Positions 20,713 to 28,715 of a stretch of DNA of 64,000 bases are shown here, piece by piece. The notes under the pieces were generated by a model that searched no databases, was not told the origin of the DNA, and was given only the letters and a program-made list of their open reading frames with translations. Positions within the stretch are counted from its first letter, which is position 1; each line of letters opens with the position of its first letter. The DNA comes from Methylococcales bacterium (GTDB taxonomy: Bacteria; Pseudomonadota; Gammaproteobacteria; Methylococcales; G963664935). The position numbers and the translations under genes are program-made. Location: contig CAXXSE010000004.1 of NCBI GenBank assembly GCA_963664935.2, positions 53,651 through 117,650 of the forward strand, given 5' to 3'.

Positions 20713-20855
20713 AATACGCTTGCTGGTTATCGCTAGAAATAAAGTTAAGCGGTTTGCTTTGTTTTGTTGATACGTCCAGTATAGTATTTTGTCTATATGG
20801 ATATATTTAGACCGGTTCTTGATGTTAGCAGTTATTCGTTTGAAAGGTAACTGAC

Positions 20856-21082
20856 AGTCTTGTCCAATATGAAATGGCCCTGAAGAGGGGGGTAATTTCT
20901 AACGTGAAATGGCCCTGAAACCGAGAACAGATCATAAATTGAGGTTAACTTACGCTTCAGAAGTGTCAAGGAGATTCCTCCGCTACGCTACAAACTCCTC
21001 CTTGACACCTCTTCCGCTCCAGTTAAAAGGTTATTCATGATCTGTTCCCAATTTCAGGGCCATTTATAGATTGGAATAGACT
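20856..21082 (+). mobile_element. 227-bp MITE related by its ends to the rve-type IS at 44672-46317
   Basis: It is identical to 46090-46317 except for one A in a homopolymer. The ends are AGTCTTGTCCAATATGAAATGGCCCTGAA and TTCAGGGCCATTTATAGATTGGAATAGACT (imperfect TIRs). Internal inverted repeats are GTGTCAAGGAG/CTCCTTGACAC and GAACAGATCAT/ATGATCTGTTC. Confidence 0.85.
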
Positions 21083-21180
21083 TTCTGATTATAGATTTAG
21101 CTTACACTTGTTTTATTCAGGTCAAAAGATTCCGCGAACTATATAATTGTGTTGAGATACATTGGTAATGAGGTGAAAAT

Positions 21181-23126
21181 ATGACAACGATTCACTACAT
21201 GCGGATAAGCTTAGGTGCACCGATATTTCTGTTGGTGAGCGCTTGCATGCACACCCCAATGGAAAAATCAGCCGAGTCAGCCATTTAGGGCAAAAATCCG
21301 AAAAATGCTGAAAGTCTTTTTATCGTCGATTGTTTGTTGCCTGGACAAATCAGTAAACTGGGTCAGTCGTTAAATTATTTAAGCGCTAGAAGACCGATTA
21401 AAACAACCGCGGGCGATTGCGAAATTCGAGGGGGTGAATATGTTTCATACGATCGGGCAAACTATGCGACCGCGCTAAAGACTTGGTTGCCTAAAGCTAA
21501 AAATGGCGAACCCGAGGCTCAAACTTACGTCGGCGAAATTTACGAAAAAGGCCTTGGTGTTGTGCCGGATTACCGTCTCGCATCGAAGTGGTATCGTAAA
21601 GTAGCCGATCAAGGCTATTCTCGTGCCCAAATTAATCTCGTATATCTGTACGAGGCGGGACTTAATGGAGAGAGAGATTTAGTCACCGCGATGAATTGGT
21701 ATAGAAAAGCGTCAGGCTTGGAAGATGATGAAATTGGTTTTGCGTCGACGATTGAGACATCGGTAAGGGCTGAATTCGAAGAACAAATCGCGGTATTGAA
21801 TAGTGAACTGGCTCGCAGTAAAAACGAGTTGAAAGCCCAAAAGGAAAATCTTAAGCGATCTCAAAAAGCCCTGGACCAAAGGCGAAAGAAATTGAATCGC
21901 GTGAGACGGGAACTGAAAGAAACGCGTAAACAACTGGAGGTGGAAAAAAGCACCTCGGATGGTGGGGCGGAATCATTGGAATTGGAGAAAAATACGGAAG
22001 ACAACAGGCTTCGCGAAGCCCGCCTGTCCGCAACCCGTCAACAAGTAGCGAAGTTGGAAAGTGCGCTTAAAACGCAAAGTCTCAACTTCAACGCAAAACT
22101 CAAAAAGGCTGAACAACGGACGTCTCTTTTGAATCAAGAAATCGCGTGTTACCAAAAAGAAAATTCACAATTCCAAGACCAATTGGAACAAACACGGTCG
22201 CAACCGTCTTCTTTCGAAGAACCTAAACAACAGAAAGTCCCCGCATCCCGGTCAAAGGGTATTCCGGAAATCGATTTTGGTACGGATCACGCCTTGATCA
22301 TTGGAAACCAAGACTATAAATATATACAGCCACTGAATACACCGGTCAGCGATGCTAACGCTGTTGCTAAGATATTGCGGGACAACTATGGGTTTAAAAC
22401 CAATGTACTGATTAACGGAGATCGTTACGCGATACTTTCGGCGCTCAATGAACTTAGGGGAAGACTGACCGAAAAAGATAATCTTTTGATTTATTATGCT
22501 GGGCACGGTGAGTATGACAAAGTCAATCTACGGGGGCACTGGTTGCCGGTCGACGCCGAACAAACAAGCTCGGCTAATTGGATATCAACGGTTGCCATTA
22601 CCGATGGATTGAATGCGATGAGCGCCATGCATGTTTTGGTTATCGCGGACTCGTGTTATTCCGGGGCATTGACACGTGCATCCGTCGCGCGTATTCAAGC
22701 AGGGATGTCCCAAGAAAAAAAATACGGTGGTTGAAGGTGATGGCGAAAACGCGGTCCAGGACTGTTTTAACTTCGGGCAGTCTGGAACCGGTACTTGATG
22801 ATGGCGCCAATGGACATTCGATTTTCGCGAATGCTTTGATTGCTGCTTTGTCGGAAAATGATGGCGTCCTGTATGGTTCAAAACTTTATTCAAAAGTTAA
22901 CGAAAAAGTACAACAAGCCACACGAAATATGGATTTTAAACAGGCGCCGCAATATGCGCCCATTAAATTTAGTGGCCACGAAGCGGGAGACTTTTTCCTG
23001 GTTCGTAACCAGCAAATTTCAAGTAAGGAACAGACGTACATTGTTGGCCATGAAAACTTTTCCTCCAATGTTGTTGTTAAGCGGTTACGGTTTTTAGCGT
23101 CTCTAAATCGTAGTGTAACCCTGTAG
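21181..23126 (+). pseudogene. Lipoprotein with Sel1 repeats, long coiled coil and C-terminal caspase-like (peptidase C14) domain; disrupted
   Basis: The lipobox is LLVSAC, followed by a TAG at 21286-21288 in frame with the ORF at 21334. Sel1 repeats are present (AQTYVGEIYEKGLGV ... AQINLVYLYEAGLNG). The caspase dyad motifs YYAGHG and VIADSCYSG are intact. There is a frameshift in the A8 run at 22715-22722, and the C-terminus continues in the ORF at 22578-23126. Confidence 0.8.
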
Positions 23127-23261
23127 TAATTAGGGTCGCGGCTTATTTTCGTAGGCACAAGGATTAAGTGAGAAAGGGCCTCGACCAACAGGGATAGTAT
23201 TAGATCTTGATTTGTATACAAATCAGTCCCTGTATTTTCCTCGTTTTTCCTAGGATTGTGA

Positions 23262-24461
23262 ATGCGATTTGGTATAGATTGTTTACTTGGAGATCGGGCT
23301 CTTAAGGGCCAATTGATTAACCGTCGTGTTGCTTTACTCGGTCATCCGGCCTCTATGACCGGACAATTTGCGCCGACTTTGGATGCTTTGATGCGGAGTG
23401 GAATCAAGTTGTCCGCCGCCTTCGGTCCACAGCATGGTATGCGTGGCGATAAGCAGGACAATATGATGGAAACCGCCGACAATACCGATCCGGTATACGG
23501 TATCCCGGTATTCAGCCTGTATGGTGAAACCCGTCGGCCCACGCCCGATATGCTGGATTCCTTTGACGTGCTGTTGGTGGATATACAGGATGTCGGTTGC
23601 CGCATCTATACCTTCCTTACAACTCTGTTTTACCTGCTGGACGACTGTGCCGCCGTCAGAAAGAGTCTGTGGGTATTGGACCGGCCTAATCCAGCGGGCC
23701 GGGTGATAGAAGGCTCAGTTTTACAAGCGGGAAATGAGAGCTTCGTCGGCATCGCGCCATTACCCATGCGGCATGGGCTCACCCTTGGCGAAGCGGCTAA
23801 GTGGTACGTTGTTCATAAAAACCTGGATATAGAACTGAAGGTACTGGAAATGCAAAGCTACGATCCGAACCAAAGTCCGGGTTTCGGATGGCCACAAGCG
23901 GAGCACTGTTGGGTTAACCCAAGCCCGAATATCGCTACCCTCAATGCCGCGAGAACCTATGCCGGAACCGTGCTGCTGGAAGGCGCCACGCTTTCAGAAG
24001 GGCGGGGCACCACGCGTCCTCTCGAAATGGTCGGCGCACCGGATATCGATATTAGAAAAATCTTGAAAGATATGGAAGATTTAGCACCGCAATGGTTACG
24101 AGGGTGCCGAATACGACCCTGTTGGTTTGAACCTACGTTTCACAAGCATACCGGTAAGTTATGCGAAGGTTTTCAGATTCACACCGACTACCGGGATTAC
24201 GATCCCCAGGCATTCAAACCGTATCGGATTGTTGCCTTGTTTTTTAAAACGCTACGCGGGCTCTATCCCGATTATCCAATTTGGCGGAATTTCCCCTATG
24301 AATATGTCACCGATCGTTTGGCGATTGATGTTATTGACGGAGGTACTGGTTTGCGTGAATGGGTGGAGGATTCGAATGCTGATATTGGGGATTTAGAAAG
24401 TCGGCTCATTGCTGATGAGCGAAATTGGGAGGAACAGTCGAGAAAATATTATTTGTATTGA
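23262..24461 (+). CDS. DUF1343-family protein (NamZ-like exo-beta-N-acetylmuramidase family)
   Basis: 399 aa with GHPASMT ... GPQHG ... IQDVGCRIYTF ... DRPNP ... MRHGLTLGE, typical of DUF1343. Confidence 0.75.
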   Translation: MRFGIDCLLGDRALKGQLINRRVALLGHPASMTGQFAPTLDALMRSGIKLSAAFGPQHGMRGDKQDNMMETADNTDPVYGIPVFSLYGETRRPTPDMLDSFDVLLVDIQDVGCRIYTFLTTLFYLLDDCAAVRKSLWVLDRPNPAGRVIEGSVLQAGNESFVGIAPLPMRHGLTLGEAAKWYVVHKNLDIELKVLEMQSYDPNQSPGFGWPQAEHCWVNPSPNIATLNAARTYAGTVLLEGATLSEGRGTTRPLEMVGAPDIDIRKILKDMEDLAPQWLRGCRIRPCWFEPTFHKHTGKLCEGFQIHTDYRDYDPQAFKPYRIVALFFKTLRGLYPDYPIWRNFPYEYVTDRLAIDVIDGGTGLREWVEDSNADIGDLESRLIADERNWEEQSRKYYLY

Positions 24462-24562
24462 AAACGGGTTATCCAAAAATAATCCGATCTACCGCGGGCA
24501 CGCCTGATCGCTAAAGATTACTAATCAGGCTTGCTTGCGGTACAGCTCTTTTAAATTCATGA

Positions 24563-24688
24563 TCAGCCTATGCTACCATTGGTAGCCATGGTTATGGCGA
24601 GTGCTAAAAGAAAGCCGACTACTAACACATGTGCACTGAAAAATACCCCTGCGGTTTTGAATTGCTTCATGGAGATTTTCGTTTTCAT
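24563..24688 (-). CDS. Possible 41-aa single-TM peptide
   Basis: The ORF reads MKTKISMKQFKTAGVFFSAHVLVVGFLLALAITMATNGSIG. Nothing supports it beyond the ORF and a hydrophobic helix. Confidence 0.25.
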   Translation of the reverse strand: MKTKISMKQFKTAGVFFSAHVLVVGFLLALAITMATNGSIG

Positions 24689-25373
24689 GATGACATTCCT
24701 CTTTGGTAAACGTTTGCGCGGTGATTAAAAATAGTACGCCTTCAAGTTTATATTGAAGGGGTACGAGTTATAAGTTAAAAACTAGTGGACGAGGGATTAC
24801 ACGCCGTGACGTTTGTCACACAAGATGGATGGCCCGTTGTGATGCTGGCCACAAAAAACGAATTACAGAAATTGCTAAACGAAATGAGTCATTCTAAACA
24901 TAAAGTGGACCCATGGGTCCACTTTACAAGTCATTATTCCAAGCACTTGTGCTGCGTTAATGGTCGTTATTTTCAGCGGCTATATTACTTACCTTTTTCG
25001 ATCCGAAACTAATTGGCAACAATGGACCTACTTGACGCATCTACTGGCCGGAGTGCTGCTTAGCTTTACCTTGAGCATTTATATTTTCTATCACTTTCGT
25101 AGAAGCATCGGGCGACGTTTACCAGGCATATCCGCGCTTGGCATTTTAACTACATTAGCGTTTATTGTTGTCGCCGCAACTTCTATTCCTGTCCGCCTAA
25201 AACGTGAGGCCGAATAGAAACGATGCCCAGGGAATTTTTGCTGATTGTTTTCAGAAATGGGCGCTCCCGATTGGACAATCCAACCGGAAGGTACGACTTC
25301 ACTAACAGTGGGTGGATTATTTGCCGACAATTCCCTAAGATGATGCAACGAAGTTAAGCCAATTGGTCACTAA

Positions 25374-26081
25374 ATGACAACCCAAGAGAATGTAGACCCT
25401 GCTGAAATCGACAAATTTGGAGACAAGGCCGAACGTTGGTGGGATACCGAAGGCGATCTGAAAACCTTGCATTGGGTTAACCCTTTGAGAATCCGTTTTA
25501 TCGCGCGGCACACCGAAATAAATAACAAGCGTGGAGTAGACGTAGGATGTGGCGGAGGTATCCTCAGCGAAGGTTTAGCCAAACAGGGTGCGAATGTGCT
25601 TGGTATTGACCTCAGCGAACAGCTCATCGAAATTGCTGATTTACACGGTCTGGAATCCGGAATCAAGGTGCAATATAAAATCCTTAGTGTTGAGGCCCTG
25701 GCCGACCGGGAAGCCGAAAGTTTTGATTTTGTCACATGCATGGAAATGCTGGAGCATGTTCCCGATCCTGAATCGGTGGTCAGAGCTTGCGGCCGCTTGG
25801 TTAAACCGGGGGGTAAGGTGTTTTTCTCTACACTGAACCGAAAACCGAAATCTTATCTATTGGCGATTGTCGCGGCCGAACACCTGTTGAGAATGATACC
25901 CAAAGGAACCCACGATTTTAAAACGTTTATTAAGCCATCCGAATTGTGCGCCTGGGCACGAAAAGCCGATTTGGACGTTGAGAATATCATCGGTATTTCC
26001 TACAACCCACTGACCCAACAATTCAACCTCGGCCATGATATCGACGTGAACTATATCGCCGCATTTCAACGCTCCGGCTAA
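25374..26081 (+). CDS. ubiG: Bifunctional 3-demethylubiquinol / 2-polyprenyl-6-hydroxyphenol O-methyltransferase
   Basis: It has NVDPAEIDKFGDKAERWWD, the SAM motif VDVGCGGGILSE and CMEMLEHVPDP. Confidence 0.9.
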   Translation: MTTQENVDPAEIDKFGDKAERWWDTEGDLKTLHWVNPLRIRFIARHTEINNKRGVDVGCGGGILSEGLAKQGANVLGIDLSEQLIEIADLHGLESGIKVQYKILSVEALADREAESFDFVTCMEMLEHVPDPESVVRACGRLVKPGGKVFFSTLNRKPKSYLLAIVAAEHLLRMIPKGTHDFKTFIKPSELCAWARKADLDVENIIGISYNPLTQQFNLGHDIDVNYIAAFQRSG

Positions 26082-26092
26082 AACCGTGATTA

Positions 26093-26830
26093 ATGTTTAA
26101 TAGCAAACAACTTGAGAGCCGAACCGTTTTAATCACTGGCGCGGCCGGAAAACTTGGTAGTATAGCCGCCAGAGCCTGCGCCAACCAAGGCGCCACCGTG
26201 ATCTTGCTGGATAAGAACGTTGCCGAAATGGAAAATGTTTACGACAGTATTGTGTCGATGCAGGCGCCCCAACCGGGAATTTATCCTTTTGACCTTGCGG
26301 GGGCCACGGAACAGCATTACCATAAGCTTTCGGATATTATTCACCAAAAATACTCCGTGCTCGACGGACTACTCCATAACGCCGCGGTACTCGATACGCT
26401 TAGTCCGGTGGAAGCGCTTGAGACCCTGAGCTGGAGCAACACTTTGAATATCAATCTTAATGCTCCGTATATGTTAACCCGGGTTTTACTCCCGTTACTC
26501 ACAAAGGCCGACGATGCTTCGATTGTATTCACATCCGACACGTCAGCCCGTGCTGCTCGCGCCTACTGGGGAGCCTATGGTGTATCCAAAATCGCGCTTG
26601 AGGGTTTTGCGAAGATATTAGCCGATGAGTTCGAGGGCTCGGGAAATTTACGAGTCAATACTTTGCTTCCCGGCCCGGTGAAATCGCCGTTACGTTTTAA
26701 AGCTTTTCCGGGAGAAGATAGCGCCGATCTTAACGATCCGGAATCTCTAGCCGATATCTATGTCTATTTGTTAGGACCGGTAAGCAGGGGAACGACCGGG
26801 CAAACCATTCAATCAAATCACCTCAATTAA
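26093..26830 (+). CDS. yciK: YciK-family SDR oxidoreductase
   Basis: It has ITGAAGKLGS, LDGLLHNAA and WGAYGVSKIALEG. It appears colinear with E. coli YciK over its whole length, judged from memory of that sequence. Confidence 0.75.
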   Translation: MFNSKQLESRTVLITGAAGKLGSIAARACANQGATVILLDKNVAEMENVYDSIVSMQAPQPGIYPFDLAGATEQHYHKLSDIIHQKYSVLDGLLHNAAVLDTLSPVEALETLSWSNTLNINLNAPYMLTRVLLPLLTKADDASIVFTSDTSARAARAYWGAYGVSKIALEGFAKILADEFEGSGNLRVNTLLPGPVKSPLRFKAFPGEDSADLNDPESLADIYVYLLGPVSRGTTGQTIQSNHLN

Positions 26831-26831
26831 C

Positions 26832-27380
26832 ATGCACAACCAAGAAAGCATAGCGCTGACCCGCGACGTCAATGTTGTCACCATCCCCGATGGAACGCCG
26901 GATACTCTTCACAAAGGCGATATCGTGACACTCCATCAATCTCAAGGGGAAAATTTTACCGTTGCCACGGATATAGGCTATCTGGTGCGAATTGCAGGTA
27001 GTGACGCGGACGCGATCGGCAAGGATCCGGTTGATACCCAAAGCGTGAGCTCCGGTACCGATCGCGATTCGGTGGAAAACAACGTATGGGCGGTTCTGCG
27101 AACAATTTTCGATCCGGAAATTCCAGTCAATATTGTAGAGCTGGGGTTGGTATACGATTGCGACGTCAAAATGATCGCCGAAAGAAAATATAATGTCGAT
27201 GTGACCATGACCTTGACCGCACCTGGCTGTGGAATGGGGCCGGTTCTCCAGGGTGATGTCGAAATTGGAGTCCGGAAATTACCGGGCGTTGAAAACGTCA
27301 ACGTCGAAGTGGTATTCGATCCGCCCTGGTCTTACGACATGATGTCCGAGGTTGCGAAGGTAGAACTCGGGATGATATAG
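26832..27380 (+). CDS. sufT: SufT-like Fe-S cluster assembly protein (N-terminal domain plus DUF59)
   Basis: It has VWAVLRTIFDPEIPVNIVELGLVY ... TLTAPGCGMGP ... VVFDPPW. Confidence 0.75.
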   Translation: MHNQESIALTRDVNVVTIPDGTPDTLHKGDIVTLHQSQGENFTVATDIGYLVRIAGSDADAIGKDPVDTQSVSSGTDRDSVENNVWAVLRTIFDPEIPVNIVELGLVYDCDVKMIAERKYNVDVTMTLTAPGCGMGPVLQGDVEIGVRKLPGVENVNVEVVFDPPWSYDMMSEVAKVELGMI

Positions 27381-27430
27381 GGAGACTGTCCGGGAATAGG
27401 AGCCTCCCCGCTATGATTTTGAGGCAATCG
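27378..27430 (-). repeat. REP-like repeat copy (same family as 2631, 32474 and 32655)
   Basis: The sequence TAGGGAGACTGTCCGGGAATAGGAGCCTCCCCGCTATGATTTTGAGGC begins on the sufT stop codon. Confidence 0.6.
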
Positions 27431-27499
27431 ATAAAATTAGACCTCGTACTATTGATTAAGCGATAATTCGCTGTAACCCTAAATAACCGGACTAAGCCC

Positions 27500-27985
27500 A
27501 TGCCTTTTTGTACCGCGGACCTTTGCGATAGTTATTCGGACAACTCGGATTTTCACATCGCCGAACCTATCTTCCGGCGCTACGGAGGAAAAACCAAGTT
27601 TTATGGACAAATTACCACACTCAAATTGTTCGAAAACAATTCTTGGGTGCGTAAAACATTGGAAGAAAAAGTCGAAAATCGGGTTTTGGTGGTCGATGGC
27701 GGTGGTTCCCACCGTTGTGCGTTGCTCGGCGATCAGTTGGCCAAATTGGCCTGCGATAACGGCTGGCAAGGTGTCATTGTTTACGGTTGCATCAGGGATT
27801 CCGCGGAAATCGACCAAATGCCGGTCGGAGTCAGGGCGCTGCATACCCACCCTCTAAAAAGCCGTAAAAAGGGTGTCGGCGATAGAGACTTGCTAATCAC
27901 CTTTGCCGGCGTGAATTTTCGAAGAGACCAGCATATATATGTTGATCAGGATGGAATCATAGTATCGGGAACTGCTTTGATTTAG
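27500..27985 (+). CDS. rraA: Ribonuclease E activity regulator RraA
   Basis: 161 aa with TADLCD ... VLVVDGGGS ... ALLGDQLA ... GWQGVIVYGCIRD. Confidence 0.9.
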   Translation: MPFCTADLCDSYSDNSDFHIAEPIFRRYGGKTKFYGQITTLKLFENNSWVRKTLEEKVENRVLVVDGGGSHRCALLGDQLAKLACDNGWQGVIVYGCIRDSAEIDQMPVGVRALHTHPLKSRKKGVGDRDLLITFAGVNFRRDQHIYVDQDGIIVSGTALI

Positions 27986-27998
27986 TACGGAAAACGGC

Positions 27999-28706
27999 AT
28001 GAATCAGCTTCCCATATTAGCTTGTTTGTTTGTACCGCTCATTCTATTATCCGGGTGTAATGACTCGAAAAAAGGAGAGCCGGAATGCAATGAGTTTCTC
28101 TTCCAAGAACTTAAAAGCGCAGCCGAAGCCGGGGTAATCGAAGCCCAAAACAAGTTGGGATATCACTACGAATATGGTGAATGCGTATCCCGCGATTTCA
28201 AAGAAGCGGCAAAATGGTATCGTCTCGCGGCCGATCAGGACAATACCAATGCCCAGAAGGTTTTGGGCTTTATGTATGCCGGTGGCATGGGGGTGCCGCA
28301 AGATACCGCCCAAGCGCTTAAATGGTTTCGGCTTGCCGCGGAAAAAGGTCATCCGGAAGCACAATTCGGTCTGGCGATCGCCTACTTTCGGGGCAATGGT
28401 ATAGAACGGGATCAAGAAACCGCGGTGGAATGGTTTCAAAAATCCGCCGAGCAAAATTTTGCCCGCTCGCAGTTTAATCTTGGTAATCTCTACAAAACCG
28501 GTCAAGGCGTCCCGCAAAATTTCATAAAAGCATACCAATGGTTTGGTTTAGCGGCGCGCAATGGTTATCCAAAAGCCGCCAAGGCCCTCGAAGAGTTGGA
28601 AAACAACATGTCGTCGGAAGCGATTGAAACAGCCGATCGGCTAATTTCCGGTTGGCAACCGCTGAAAGATAGCCCCTCGTGGCAAAACAATTCGAACCTG
28701 AACTGA
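27999..28706 (+). CDS. Sel1-repeat (TPR-like) lipoprotein
   Basis: The lipobox is LLSGC. There are five Sel1 repeats of the form AxxWYRLAAxQGxxxAQxxLGxMY. Confidence 0.8.
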   Translation: MNQLPILACLFVPLILLSGCNDSKKGEPECNEFLFQELKSAAEAGVIEAQNKLGYHYEYGECVSRDFKEAAKWYRLAADQDNTNAQKVLGFMYAGGMGVPQDTAQALKWFRLAAEKGHPEAQFGLAIAYFRGNGIERDQETAVEWFQKSAEQNFARSQFNLGNLYKTGQGVPQNFIKAYQWFGLAARNGYPKAAKALEELENNMSSEAIETADRLISGWQPLKDSPSWQNNSNLN

Positions 28707-28715
28707 TCGAAAACA

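Noticed and set aside
24785-25217. Two overlapping ORFs were noted: MDEGLH ... and a three-TM ORF WQQWTYLTHLLAGVLLSF .... They might be one frameshifted membrane-protein gene (MSHSKHKVDPWVHFTS / IIPSTCAALMVVIFSGYITYLF).
   Set aside because: No family was recognised, the start is unclear and the 3' end appears truncated. The evidence is too weak to list as a feature, so it is mentioned only as a possible additional pseudogene.
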